Made by a program: the position numbers and the translations under genes. Under the pieces are notes generated by a model. The model was not told the DNA's origin and searched no databases. It saw only the letters and a program-made list of their open reading frames with translations. Positions 36,978-46,864 of a DNA stretch of 64,000 nt are shown in pieces (the stretch's first letter is position 1; every line of letters starts with the position of its first letter). The stretch spans positions 608,001 through 672,000 of the forward strand of contig CAXXKA010000006.1 in NCBI GenBank assembly GCA_963668625.2, read 5' to 3'. Origin of the DNA: an uncultured candidate division Zixibacteria bacterium (GTDB taxonomy: Bacteria; Zixibacteria; MSB-5A5; UBA10806; 4484-95).

Positions 36978-37847
36978 GTGCCGCGAAAAAAGCAAGTTGG
37001 CACAAAATGTCAGTTAGAAAAAGAACTGGCTCTTTTGTACGAAATTAGTTCTCTGGTTCAGCTATCCCCATCCAATCAGGAGACATTCGTGAAAATCCTG
37101 GAATTGATAGGAGAGGTGATAGATTTCAGGTCGGCCTCTTTATACCTGGTCTCGCTCGAAACCGGGAGACTTCACGAGGCGGCTAAAATCGGTCGCAGTG
37201 TAGAACTTATCAGTTTCGTTCAATTCGAGATGGGTATGGGATTTTCCGCATGGGTGGCTAAAGAAAAGCGGCCGGTGGTATTAAACAATCTTCGGAAAAA
37301 TCATGGCGGCGCGAATGTCAGGTCATTTATGTCCGTTCCGATGGTGTTCAAGGATGAACTGATCGGAGTTATCAATTTCGCGCATGAGGAAACCAACTCA
37401 TTCAGTGAGCGTGATATGCAGATCGTTGGCATTATAGCCGCGGAAACCGCCGTTACGATCGAGCGCATGATTTACGAACATCACCTCGAAAAGAAAAACA
37501 ACGAGCTTTTGGTGATAAACGAGAAGCTCAAACACACGCAGGCAAAACTCGTGGATTTGGAGAAAAAGCAGACTGCCGCAGAGATGGCGGCGACGCTTAA
37601 TCATGAAATAAATAATCCGCTGGCGATTATCGCGGGCAATGCGCAGTTTTTACTCATGACCATGAAAAGTTCTAATCCATCGATAATTAAACGGCTCAAA
37701 GCGATAGATAAAGAGGCATCCGTGATCGCTCAGATTACTGAAAAATTCAGGCAACTGGATTCGTTGGTAACCGAGGATTACGTGAAAGGCGATTCGCGGA
37801 GAGTTATAAATCTTAGTAAATCGGTCAAGGCTGGTGAGATGTGCTAG
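36978..37847 (+). CDS. GAF + HisKA protein lacking an ATPase domain
   Basis: GAF (SFMSVPM..IGVINF); H-box LNHEINNPL; ends about 75 aa later. Confidence 0.8.
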   Translation: MPRKKQVGTKCQLEKELALLYEISSLVQLSPSNQETFVKILELIGEVIDFRSASLYLVSLETGRLHEAAKIGRSVELISFVQFEMGMGFSAWVAKEKRPVVLNNLRKNHGGANVRSFMSVPMVFKDELIGVINFAHEETNSFSERDMQIVGIIAAETAVTIERMIYEHHLEKKNNELLVINEKLKHTQAKLVDLEKKQTAAEMAATLNHEINNPLAIIAGNAQFLLMTMKSSNPSIIKRLKAIDKEASVIAQITEKFRQLDSLVTEDYVKGDSRRVINLSKSVKAGEMC

Positions 37848-39547
37848 ATGGGGTCTTTGAAAAGACATTCGATGAAAAGGAACTCCGGGAACTGGTCAGA
37901 GCCGATATCGCCGGATACCTGATGCTCGATTCGACCGGCCGGCCGAAATATAGCGGCGGCAGACTTGGGGATGATCCGGTATGGATCGACAAACTCAAGA
38001 ATTCGCTGCCTATGTTGCTGAGGCATGGCCAGGATGGTGAAACCGGAGGAACTTTTTACACGAATTCCGGTTTGCCTTTCTACGCCGAAAACATTGATGG
38101 CAAACACACAATTTTCATCGAAAAACTTCCCAATAGTAATGATATAATTTGTTTGGCATTCGATTTGAAAACGCCGCTGCAGGATTTGTATAACTATAAG
38201 TCCGAACTGGTAATTCTTTCACTTATCAGCCAGGCGGTCAGGGCGTTCAACCAGGCAGAAAATTTGGAGACGATTCTAAAGCTGGTGCTAATCGGCGTTA
38301 CCGCCGGTGGAGGACTTGGATTTAACCGGGCTTTCATTCTTCTTACCTGCGATGAGCAATGTTGTTTGAAAGGCGCATTGGCCAACGGGCCGTCCTCACC
38401 CGAAGAAGCACATCAGATATGGGACAAGCTTTCCAGCGGCGAGATTAGCCTGGAAACCATGTTCAACGAGGTGCTGAAAAAGAAATTCGATCAGGAGGAG
38501 CCACTAAACGATTTATTGGCCAATATCGTAATCTCGCTCACGGATAAAGATAATATTTTCGCCAAGGCGGCGCTGGAAAAGAAATCTATGCTAATCGATG
38601 AGGAAACTCTGGCCTCCGAACCCAATGCCGAGCTTCATACCATGATCGGTCCCGGTCCATTGGCGGTCGTACCGCTTATCGGTCAGAACTATCTTCAGGG
38701 CGTATTGATCGCCGATAATTTTATCACGCGCAAGGAAATCACCGAGAGCGATCTTCGCCTGTTGGAGATTTTCGCAAGATACGCCAGCGATTCGATAAAG
38801 AATTTCCGCCTGTACGAGAACCTAGAGAAAAAGATTAGCGACCTGGAAGTGGCAAACCAAACAATCATAAAAAGCCGTGAAAACGTTATCAAAGCCGAGA
38901 GACTCACGGTTCTGGCGAACATGGCCGGCGATGTCGCTCACGAGATCAGGAATCCCCTTACAATTATAGGCGGATTTACGAAAAACATGTTGAAATCCAT
39001 GCATGAGGAAGAGAAAAATTTCGAGTACCTTAATATTATAATCGAACAGGTTGAAAGAATAAGCCAGTCGCTGGAAAAATTCACAAGCCTGATGAACTAT
39101 GAGATATCGAATGATAAAGTATGCGATCTCCAGGATCTGGTAAGTTCGGCGGTGGATATCGGAATGACAGGTTCGAAAATCCCCGCAATCGAGATAATCG
39201 GAGATCACCAGGTAAAAGTAAAAACCGATCCGGATTTATTCAGGCAGGCATTGGTAATAATATTGAAATATGTAAACATGATCAATGATAAGCGTGTAAA
39301 AGTAAATTTGATTATTTCAAATAAAAACGACAGAGCGTTAATATATTTCGACTCTGATGGTTTTAAAGGAAAATTTGCCGAAAATATATACAGGAGTTTC
39401 TATTTGGGGGGCGGGCACGAACGATTGGAACAGCTTTCGACGACCCTGGAGATACTAAAATATTACCGGGGGAATATCGGCCTGGAGGCTGCGGAAGGCT
39501 ATGAAAAGCGGTTCTATTTAGAACTGCCTGTGTTTAAGGAGGAATAA
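37841..39547 (+). CDS. GAF sensor histidine kinase-like protein with degenerate HATPase domain
   Basis: GLGFNRAF/GVLIADN GAF; VAHEIRNPL H-box; N/G1/G2 boxes not conserved. Confidence 0.8.
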   Translation: MLDGVFEKTFDEKELRELVRADIAGYLMLDSTGRPKYSGGRLGDDPVWIDKLKNSLPMLLRHGQDGETGGTFYTNSGLPFYAENIDGKHTIFIEKLPNSNDIICLAFDLKTPLQDLYNYKSELVILSLISQAVRAFNQAENLETILKLVLIGVTAGGGLGFNRAFILLTCDEQCCLKGALANGPSSPEEAHQIWDKLSSGEISLETMFNEVLKKKFDQEEPLNDLLANIVISLTDKDNIFAKAALEKKSMLIDEETLASEPNAELHTMIGPGPLAVVPLIGQNYLQGVLIADNFITRKEITESDLRLLEIFARYASDSIKNFRLYENLEKKISDLEVANQTIIKSRENVIKAERLTVLANMAGDVAHEIRNPLTIIGGFTKNMLKSMHEEEKNFEYLNIIIEQVERISQSLEKFTSLMNYEISNDKVCDLQDLVSSAVDIGMTGSKIPAIEIIGDHQVKVKTDPDLFRQALVIILKYVNMINDKRVKVNLIISNKNDRALIYFDSDGFKGKFAENIYRSFYLGGGHERLEQLSTTLEILKYYRGNIGLEAAEGYEKRFYLELPVFKEE

Positions 39548-39903
39548 TGAGCACCATATTAATTGTGGATGACGAACCCGCAATCAGGAAGCTCTACGAG
39601 AAAGAGTTCGGCGAGGATGGCTTTAACGTACTTCTGGCCGGCTCCGGTGATGAGGCATTGTTACGAGTTAATGAACCGAATGATATCGATCTGGTAATTC
39701 TGGATATCAAAATGGAGGGGAAGGATGGCCTGCAGGTTCTGGATGTTCTGAGAAATCAGAAAAACGGCGTACCGGTCATCTTAAATTCGGCTTATTCCAC
39801 TTACAAGAACGATTTCACATCATGGCTGGCGGATGCTTATCTGGTAAAATCCCATGACCTGACCGAGCTGAAAACCAAAGTGCAAGAATTGTTGATGGTT
39901 TGA
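39547..39903 (+). CDS. Single-domain response regulator
   Basis: ILIVDDE, LDIKM..DG, SAY, VKS. Confidence 0.9.
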   Translation: MSTILIVDDEPAIRKLYEKEFGEDGFNVLLAGSGDEALLRVNEPNDIDLVILDIKMEGKDGLQVLDVLRNQKNGVPVILNSAYSTYKNDFTSWLADAYLVKSHDLTELKTKVQELLMV

Positions 39904-39904
39904 G

Positions 39905-40264
39905 ATGAACAAAAACAGACGAAATTTAGTGGATCATATAGAGTCAATCTCCGAGCAGATTCAGATTCTGGCTTTGAATATCGCTGTAGCGGCGGCTAAG
40001 ATGTCTTTCAATAAAAAGCTCGAACCGAACGTAAACAGCAAATTAAGTCAACTGGTAAACGAGGCAACCCTGGCGGTGAAAAATATGAGCATGGTGGTGA
40101 AGGCGGCGAAATCGGAAAAACCGAAATACGATATCCTTCACGAAAACCAGGGCAAGCTGGATACGGATACGATCGAGGGGATCGAAACCTCATTGCAGAC
40201 AATCCTCGATGATAGCCAGAAAATCATGAATATGCTGAATGAGGTGAAACAGAAGTCTATTTAA
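39905..40264 (+). CDS. Small helical protein resembling an MCP signalling hairpin fragment
   Basis: IESISEQIQILALNIAVAAAK resembles IA.QTNLLALNAAIEAAR. Confidence 0.55.
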   Translation: MNKNRRNLVDHIESISEQIQILALNIAVAAAKMSFNKKLEPNVNSKLSQLVNEATLAVKNMSMVVKAAKSEKPKYDILHENQGKLDTDTIEGIETSLQTILDDSQKIMNMLNEVKQKSI

Positions 40265-40274
40265 CGGGGGCAAA

Positions 40275-40673
40275 GTGCAGTATCGGGTATTAATAGTTGA
40301 TGATGAAATCGATGTCCTGAATGTATTAGAGGAGATGCTGGAAAAGCTCGGTTTTAATGCTGTGGCGGTTACCAGCGGCGTCAGGGCCATCGAATTGATC
40401 AAAAGCAGTCAATTCGACCTTGTTATAACCGATCTGGTAATGCCGGATAAAAACGGTATTGATATCATAAATGAAATTAACTCAAGCAGCAATCCTGTCC
40501 ATGTATTAATCACGGCCGGTGTCGATTTGCCTGATTTGGATATGGAAATACCAGGTATCGATAAGTACTCATTTATTAAAAAACCTTTCACGCTAGATGA
40601 TATAAAAACTAAACTATCGGCCTTCTGGGCTGATAGAAAAATCATGGTGAAGCAAGAGGTAAGAGAAAGATAG
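40275..40673 (+). CDS. Single-domain response regulator
   Basis: VLIVDDE, TDLVMPDKNG, KKPF. Confidence 0.9.
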   Translation: MQYRVLIVDDEIDVLNVLEEMLEKLGFNAVAVTSGVRAIELIKSSQFDLVITDLVMPDKNGIDIINEINSSSNPVHVLITAGVDLPDLDMEIPGIDKYSFIKKPFTLDDIKTKLSAFWADRKIMVKQEVRER

Positions 40674-40747
40674 GAATCATGTTAAAGAAATGGATAAATG
40701 TATCTTTTCATTTGTAATCAAGTAAACAAATGATAATAACTTTTATC

Positions 40748-40774
40748 TAAATATTGCAAAAATAAGATCGATAA
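40748..40774 (+). promoter_or_regulatory. sigma28-like promoter
   Basis: TAAA-N15-ATCGATAA upstream of the receiver-fapA pair. Confidence 0.45.
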
Positions 40775-40873
40775 AATTATTGTAGATAAAATTTGCATTA
40801 AAAGCGAAAGTTATGAAATGTCCGCACTGGCAGCGGCATTAAAAAAGCCCCCTTACAAATTTGGAGTAATAAG

Positions 40874-41284
40874 ATGAAAGAAGATGCAAGAATATTGGTT
40901 GTTGATGACGAGGCCGTCATGAGGAATCTGTTATTAAAAATTCTTGAACAGGAGGGTTATCAAATAACCCTGGCGAGTACTTACGATGAGGCATTGGCAA
41001 GTTTGAACAACAAGCAATTCGAATTAGTCCTGGCCGATGTAAAGATGCCCGGTCAGAACGGTTTCGATTTGCTTAAGGAGATAAAATCCAACTGGCCTCG
41101 TACCGCCGTCATAATGATGACCGGATACGGTGATGCTTACACTGTCAAGGAAGCGCTTATGATGGGCGCAGATGAGTATATCACCAAACCCTTTAAGAGC
41201 CACGAAATATCGTTGATAATCGAAAGGGCGTATTGGCGACAGATGGCATCCAATAAAGACAGTATGATGATGGAGAACGAATAA
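40874..41284 (+). CDS. Single-domain response regulator (NtrC-like receiver)
   Basis: ILVVDDE, ADVKMPGQNG, MMTGYG, GADEYITKPF. Confidence 0.9.
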   Translation: MKEDARILVVDDEAVMRNLLLKILEQEGYQITLASTYDEALASLNNKQFELVLADVKMPGQNGFDLLKEIKSNWPRTAVIMMTGYGDAYTVKEALMMGADEYITKPFKSHEISLIIERAYWRQMASNKDSMMMENE

Positions 41285-41296
41285 CAAGCAGGTTTT

Positions 41297-42730
41297 ATGG
41301 TACAAGCTGCTCAGGCCCGACCGAACGTAAAGACGGTCGATCATAAGTCATATAGGTTCACGATTAATATCGCCAGCGATGAGATGACCGCTCATCTTAA
41401 AGTCGAACCTATCAAAAAAAGCGGTGAAGGCGCAATTAATGTTGAGGAAATAACGGAAGTACTCAACTCGCAGGGGATCGTGGCAGGTATCAATACCGAG
41501 CAGCTCGAGAAATTTCTGTCTGAAGAGTTAGTTTCCAAAGTGATCGAAGCGGCAAAAGGAACGCCGCCTGAAAAAGGAAAGGATGCGGCATTCGAATTGT
41601 TGTTCGAGAACGCCGGTTCCAAAGCTCCGGTACTCGGTGATGATGGATTTATCGATTACAAGAACCTGAACCTTATCAACAACGCGACCCAGGGGCAACC
41701 CCTGGCCAAAAAAATACCACCTACCCAGGGTAAGCCGGGAATTACGGTCACGGGTAAAAAGATCGATGGCATACTGGGCAAAGATAAAGCCCTGCCAAAA
41801 GGTAAAAACACCGATGTATCCCCAGATAATCCTGATCTGTTGATAGCCGTCAAAGACGGGTCGATAACTTATACGAGCAATCTGATCAGTATAGATGACA
41901 CATTCAAAGTTAATTCCGATGTGGATACTGCTACTGGCAACCTCGATTTCGTAGGCAGCATAGTGATTGCCGGTATGGTTCACGCGGGATTCTCGATTAA
42001 AGCCGCGGGAAATATTGAGATCGGTAAAAATATTGAGGACGCTGAAATCAATTGTGGAGGTTCGCTGGTCGCCAACGGTGGTTTTGTCGGCTCGGGTAAA
42101 GGTGTTATTAAAGCCGGCGAGGATGTATTTTTAAAATATGTCGAAAACCAGACTGTATTCGCAGGCCACGATGTCAATATTGGCGGCAGCGCTATGAACG
42201 CCAATATCACAGCCAATAACGCGGTTGTCGTAACCGGCAACAAAGCCGTTATTGTCGGCGGAAAGGTAACGGCCGCCAATTTGATCGAGGCCGGCGTTCT
42301 GGGCTCGGATTTGGGTACCTCTACTACTGTCAGGGTTGGCTACAACAAACAGCTGATCAAAGAGTATCGTGAAATCGAAACCGAAATGGAGCGTCTAAAA
42401 GCCGATGGGGAAAAAATACATAAAGCCATGTATACCCTGGTCAGGCTGGAGATAGATAATAAGCTGAATGCCGCCCAGAAAGTGGCTTTGGCTCAGCTCA
42501 AAGAGCAGCAGGTAGTTATTCCGGCACAGTTGGAAAAGCTAGAGTTACGAAAAACGGAAATCATAACCAAGCTCAACGAAAATAAAAAAGCTAAGATCGT
42601 AGCTAATCGTACTGTTTACCCCGGTACTACTATATGTATAGGCATGCTCAAACGAGAAATCAACAAGGTGATTAACGGCTGTACATTCGGCATAAGCCAT
42701 GATCAAATAGTAATAATGGCCAGAACTTAG
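41297..42730 (+). CDS. fapA: FapA/DUF342 flagellar assembly protein
   Basis: GTPPEKGKDA, IDYKNLN, GQPLAKKIPP..G..G.TVTG, DVD..TGNLDF.G beta-helix. Confidence 0.88.
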   Translation: MVQAAQARPNVKTVDHKSYRFTINIASDEMTAHLKVEPIKKSGEGAINVEEITEVLNSQGIVAGINTEQLEKFLSEELVSKVIEAAKGTPPEKGKDAAFELLFENAGSKAPVLGDDGFIDYKNLNLINNATQGQPLAKKIPPTQGKPGITVTGKKIDGILGKDKALPKGKNTDVSPDNPDLLIAVKDGSITYTSNLISIDDTFKVNSDVDTATGNLDFVGSIVIAGMVHAGFSIKAAGNIEIGKNIEDAEINCGGSLVANGGFVGSGKGVIKAGEDVFLKYVENQTVFAGHDVNIGGSAMNANITANNAVVVTGNKAVIVGGKVTAANLIEAGVLGSDLGTSTTVRVGYNKQLIKEYREIETEMERLKADGEKIHKAMYTLVRLEIDNKLNAAQKVALAQLKEQQVVIPAQLEKLELRKTEIITKLNENKKAKIVANRTVYPGTTICIGMLKREINKVINGCTFGISHDQIVIMART

Positions 42731-42765
42731 GAAAAAATAACCTGCTGTTATTAGAAATATTTTCC
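42730..42765. promoter_or_regulatory. Paired candidate activator sites upstream of flgF
   Basis: GGAAAAAATAACC (42730) and AGAAATATTTTCC (42753), starts 23 bp apart. Confidence 0.55.
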
Positions 42766-42904
42766 ACTAACTGATTCCTGAATTACGACAATCTTACCAA
42801 TATATCAGCTTTCCTTTGCATAGCCGATATGTAACTTGTTATACATTAATGAGATATATCATCTCTCGCCGGATTATATAATTAATATCATTTCCCGCTT
42901 ATAT

Positions 42905-42920
42905 GGGCATGGGCATTGCT
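42905..42920 (+). promoter_or_regulatory. sigma54 promoter of the flgF operon
   Basis: GGGCAT-GGGCA-TTGCT. Confidence 0.7.
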
Positions 42921-42954
42921 TTGCATTAACACGGGGCAGAATAGCGAGGAAGTT

Positions 42955-43695
42955 ATGATTAAAGGAATCTACACGTCAGGTTCAGGGATGCTTCCCCGGA
43001 TGCTAAAACAGGAAGTATTCGCTAATAACATGTCCAACTCCAATACGGTCGGATATAAAAAAGACAGCGTATTTCTACAGCATCTGGAAAACGCCAAAAG
43101 AAATGATAATCGCGGTATAGTGACCGATCTCGAATGGGAAGTCCCAATGGTAGATGAGGTCTATATCGATTTTGAGCCGGGGCAGCTGGTTGACACCGAG
43201 AATCCGCTTAACGCCGCTATCGATGGCAAAGGCTTTTTCGTCATCGAAACCCCCGAGGGCGAACGCTACACCAGGAACGGCGTGTTCGAGTTGACCGCCG
43301 AGGGTACACTGATCGACAGCAATGGTTATAACGTTATGTCGGAGGCCGGCCCGGTGGTAATAGATGGCGATGAGATAGTGATAAATCAGGATGGTATGAT
43401 TATAGTCGATGGCAATCAGGTGGCTAACTTGCGCGTGGTTGATTTCGCCGAACCGTATAACCTTCGAAAAGCGGATGAGGGTTATTTCGTGCCGGAATCC
43501 CCGAATGATACTGCCCAGCCTGCCGAGAGCTACCAGATACGCCAGGGCTACGTGGAAACATCCAATGTGAATATAATCGAATCGATGGTTGATATGATAG
43601 TTTCGTTCCGGGCATACGAAGCCGGACAGAAAGCTATTCATTCTCAGGATGAAACCCTCGATAAAGCAGTGAATGATCTTGGCCGCGTAAGATAA
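42955..43695 (+). CDS. flgF: Flagellar basal-body rod protein FlgF
   Basis: MIKGIYTSGSGM..ANNMSNSNTVGYK, YTRNG, ETSNVN; ATG 42955 follows GAGGA. Confidence 0.9.
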   Translation: MIKGIYTSGSGMLPRMLKQEVFANNMSNSNTVGYKKDSVFLQHLENAKRNDNRGIVTDLEWEVPMVDEVYIDFEPGQLVDTENPLNAAIDGKGFFVIETPEGERYTRNGVFELTAEGTLIDSNGYNVMSEAGPVVIDGDEIVINQDGMIIVDGNQVANLRVVDFAEPYNLRKADEGYFVPESPNDTAQPAESYQIRQGYVETSNVNIIESMVDMIVSFRAYEAGQKAIHSQDETLDKAVNDLGRVR

Positions 43696-43706
43696 AGGAG
43701 TAAGTT

Positions 43707-44495
43707 ATGATTAAGGCAATGCGCACCGCAGCATCAGGCATGAGCGCGCAGCAAATGAACGTTGACGTTATCGCGAACAATCTCGCTAATGTTAACACTA
43801 CGGGATACAAACGTTCGAAAATCGAATTTCAGGATATCTTATATCAAAAACTGAGAACTGCCGGCGTCGAATCGGCGGCGGGTACCGAGGTGCCGGTCAA
43901 TCTCGAGGTTGGTTACGGTACCAAACCCTCGGCGACCCAGCGTAATTACTCGATGGGCAGTCTTCAGATGACAGGTAATGCTCTGGATATGGCGATCGAG
44001 GGTAACGGTTTCTTCCAGGTGCTTATGCCTGATGGTACCATAGCTTACACTCGCGACGGCGCGTTTAAAATGAGCGCGGACGGCCAGATAGTTACCTCTG
44101 ATGGTTTTTTCGTCCAACCCGGTATAACCATTCCGGCTGATGCCTCGGAGATAAATGTCTCTCCCGATGGCACCATATCAGTCCTGATCCCCGGTGATGC
44201 CGAAGCCCAGGAGATCGGCCAGCTCGAGCTGGCTAAATTTATCAACTCCGGTGGCCTTCAGGCTGTCGGACATAACCTGTTCACGCAATCAGCGGCCTCT
44301 GGTGACCCGATTCTTGGCACGCCTACTCTTGACGGCTACGGCGGTATTAACCAGGGGTATCTCGAAATGTCGAACGTGGAAATCGTGGACGAGATGGTGA
44401 ATATGATTACCGCCCAGCGAGCGTATGAAATCAATTCCAAAGCCATTCAAACATCCGAGGAAATGACCCAGATAGCCAATAACCTGAAACGATAG
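43707..44495 (+). CDS. flgG: Flagellar distal rod protein FlgG
   Basis: ANNLANVNTTGYKRS..EFQD.LYQ, YTRDG, AQRAYEINSKAI. Confidence 0.97.
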   Translation: MIKAMRTAASGMSAQQMNVDVIANNLANVNTTGYKRSKIEFQDILYQKLRTAGVESAAGTEVPVNLEVGYGTKPSATQRNYSMGSLQMTGNALDMAIEGNGFFQVLMPDGTIAYTRDGAFKMSADGQIVTSDGFFVQPGITIPADASEINVSPDGTISVLIPGDAEAQEIGQLELAKFINSGGLQAVGHNLFTQSAASGDPILGTPTLDGYGGINQGYLEMSNVEIVDEMVNMITAQRAYEINSKAIQTSEEMTQIANNLKR

Positions 44496-44504
44496 AGATT
44501 TATT

Positions 44505-45164
44505 ATGTTTGCTTACCTCTTAGCGCTTTCAATAATATGCACCCCGTCACCTGATATCATCCAGGAGGCCGTGGAAACATATATCAATACCAATTACTCG
44601 ACTGAATACGGCGAATATCAGTTCGATTTCAGGCGTATCAATTGGAATTTGATTCCCGGTGAATTTGACAGCGTTCGAGTATTCAAGATCGCCAAGGAAT
44701 CACCTCTGGGGAATACGGTTTTCACCCTGGGGATTTTCGATAACGGCAAACTGTTCAAAGCTATCCCTGTTTCCATAGGCGTGACTCTTCTTACCGACGC
44801 CCTGGTTACGAGTATGCCGATAAACGTGAGCGAGCAGGTAACGGATGTTAGAATAGAGAAACGAACGATCACGGGCAGGGGAGAGATGCCGGTTATAGAT
44901 TCTACCAGGCTCGAGGGCTTACAGGCGAAAAACTATATCAAGGCCGGCTCAATCGTGTATATGTCGATGCTGGAGCCGATCCCCGTCATCAGTCCCGGTG
45001 ATGATGTCGAGATCGTCTACGAGAAAGGCGCGCTTAAAGTAAGTGCCAGAGGTGTAGCCCGTCAGAAAGGCGGCGTTGGAGATAACATAAAAGTTTCCAA
45101 TGTCGAATCGAAAAAGATAATTAAAGCCGAAATCGTAGACTCCCTCACAGTAGTTCTGAAGTAA
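44505..45164 (+). CDS. flgA: P-ring formation chaperone FlgA
   Basis: SAF-like region; C-terminal GVARQKGGVGDNIKVSNVESKKII. Confidence 0.88.
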   Translation: MFAYLLALSIICTPSPDIIQEAVETYINTNYSTEYGEYQFDFRRINWNLIPGEFDSVRVFKIAKESPLGNTVFTLGIFDNGKLFKAIPVSIGVTLLTDALVTSMPINVSEQVTDVRIEKRTITGRGEMPVIDSTRLEGLQAKNYIKAGSIVYMSMLEPIPVISPGDDVEIVYEKGALKVSARGVARQKGGVGDNIKVSNVESKKIIKAEIVDSLTVVLK

Positions 45165-45176
45165 GGAGTATCGAGT

Positions 45177-45752
45177 ATGATAAAGAAAATAATGAGCGCT
45201 ATCCTGGTCGTCATCTTTATAGGCGGTGTCGCTCTGGCTGATAATGTCAAGAGCCGTTCTATCTTTACCGATCATAAAGCGCACGATGTTGGAGATCTGA
45301 TAACGGTGCTTATCGTCGAAACCTCCAGCGCCTCGAATAAAGCCAAAACCACCACCGAGAAAAGTACGGAAGCCTCGACCGAAGGCACGGCCGGATTGGG
45401 ACCTCTGGATTTTATCCCGTTGTGGGGAGCCTCGGGCGGTGACGCTATGAAATATGACGGCAAAGGTCAAACCGAGAAATCGGGATCGTTGAAAGCCAAG
45501 ATGACGGTTTCGGTAAAAGCGGTAAAACCCAATGGTGATCTGGTGATCGAGGGGACTCGTCTGGTTAAGATCGATAACGAGGAGGAAACGTTATTTTTAA
45601 CCGGTTCCGTCAGATCGCGGGATGTAGCAGATGACAATACCGTGTACTCTTTTCAAATTGCCGATGCCCAGATATCAACCCGAAGCAAGGGGACTGTTAC
45701 GGATGGTCATCGACCCGGCTTTATAACCCGCTTGATAAATTGGATATTCTAA
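45177..45752 (+). CDS. flgH: Flagellar L-ring protein FlgH
   Basis: SIFTDHKA..VGDLITV, PNGDLVIEG, G.VR..D...DNTV.S..IADA. Confidence 0.92.
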   Translation: MIKKIMSAILVVIFIGGVALADNVKSRSIFTDHKAHDVGDLITVLIVETSSASNKAKTTTEKSTEASTEGTAGLGPLDFIPLWGASGGDAMKYDGKGQTEKSGSLKAKMTVSVKAVKPNGDLVIEGTRLVKIDNEEETLFLTGSVRSRDVADDNTVYSFQIADAQISTRSKGTVTDGHRPGFITRLINWIF

Positions 45753-45753
45753 A

Positions 45754-46854
45754 ATGAAGAAGTTAATAGCCTTACTAATCATCACAAGTTTTTGTTCAAG
45801 CCCTCATGCCGGCCAGGTAAGGGTAAAAGATATCGCCAAATTCCAGGTGGAAAGCTCGACACCGCTTATGGGCTACGGCCTCGTGGTCGGTCTCGAGGGT
45901 ACGGGCGATTCGAAATCGACGAGGTTTACCGTGCAGTCGCTTGTAAACATGATGGAGCGAATGGGCGTTACGGTCGATCCCGATCAGGTAAAAGTCAAGA
46001 ACGTTGCCGCAGTGATGGTTACCTCCGAGCTCACACCCTATATGCGCACCGGCAGTAAAATCGATGTCACGGTGTCATCAATGGGGGATGCCACCTCGCT
46101 TCAGGGCGGAACGCTGCTATACACTCCACTGGCAAACGCCGGCGGTGATGTTTACGCCGTTGCCCAGGGAGCTATCTCGATCGGCGGTTTCAATATCAGT
46201 ACCGGTTTGGGCGACCAGATACGAAACAATTACACGCTCGTGGGACGAGTACCCAACGGTGGCAGTATCGAAAAAGAAATCGAGGGCGACCCGACTCCCG
46301 ATACGATAAGGTTGAGCCTTCAACAACCTGATTACACGACTGCAAATCGTCTGTCCCAGGCAATAAATTACAATTTCCTCGATCTCAAAGCGAACGCGCT
46401 GGATGAGGCGAATATCGAGGTCAGCTTTTCCAAAGATCATGATAAATCAGGCGATATAGTAAAATTGATCTCGCAAATAGAAAACCTGATGATAAGCCCG
46501 GAAACTCCGGCACGAGTCGTGATAAACGAGAAAACCGGGACGATCGTTGCCGGGGAGCATGTGACGATTTCAGCGGTGATGCTGGCTCACGGTAATCTAA
46601 ATATCGAGATTCAGGCGACGCCGTTGGTTTCTCAACCCGAGCCGTTCTCACAGGGACGGACCGTGCTGACCCGGGAGGCGCAAGTAACGGCCGAGCCCGA
46701 GATAGCCAGAATCCTTCACGTGGAACAACAGGCGCATATAGGCGACCTGGCCGAAGCCCTGAACGATATAGGCGCTACGCCGCGCGATATTATCGCGATT
46801 TTCCAGTCGCTTAAGGCTGCCGGCGCGCTCAGAGCCGAACTGGTAATTATGTAA
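45754..46854 (+). CDS. flgI: Flagellar P-ring protein FlgI
   Basis: RVKDI, GYGLVVGL.GTGD, KNVAAVMVT, ARVVINEKTGTIV, LKAAGALRAEL. Confidence 0.97.
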   Translation: MKKLIALLIITSFCSSPHAGQVRVKDIAKFQVESSTPLMGYGLVVGLEGTGDSKSTRFTVQSLVNMMERMGVTVDPDQVKVKNVAAVMVTSELTPYMRTGSKIDVTVSSMGDATSLQGGTLLYTPLANAGGDVYAVAQGAISIGGFNISTGLGDQIRNNYTLVGRVPNGGSIEKEIEGDPTPDTIRLSLQQPDYTTANRLSQAINYNFLDLKANALDEANIEVSFSKDHDKSGDIVKLISQIENLMISPETPARVVINEKTGTIVAGEHVTISAVMLAHGNLNIEIQATPLVSQPEPFSQGRTVLTREAQVTAEPEIARILHVEQQAHIGDLAEALNDIGATPRDIIAIFQSLKAAGALRAELVIM

Positions 46855-46864
46855 TAGGATTAGT

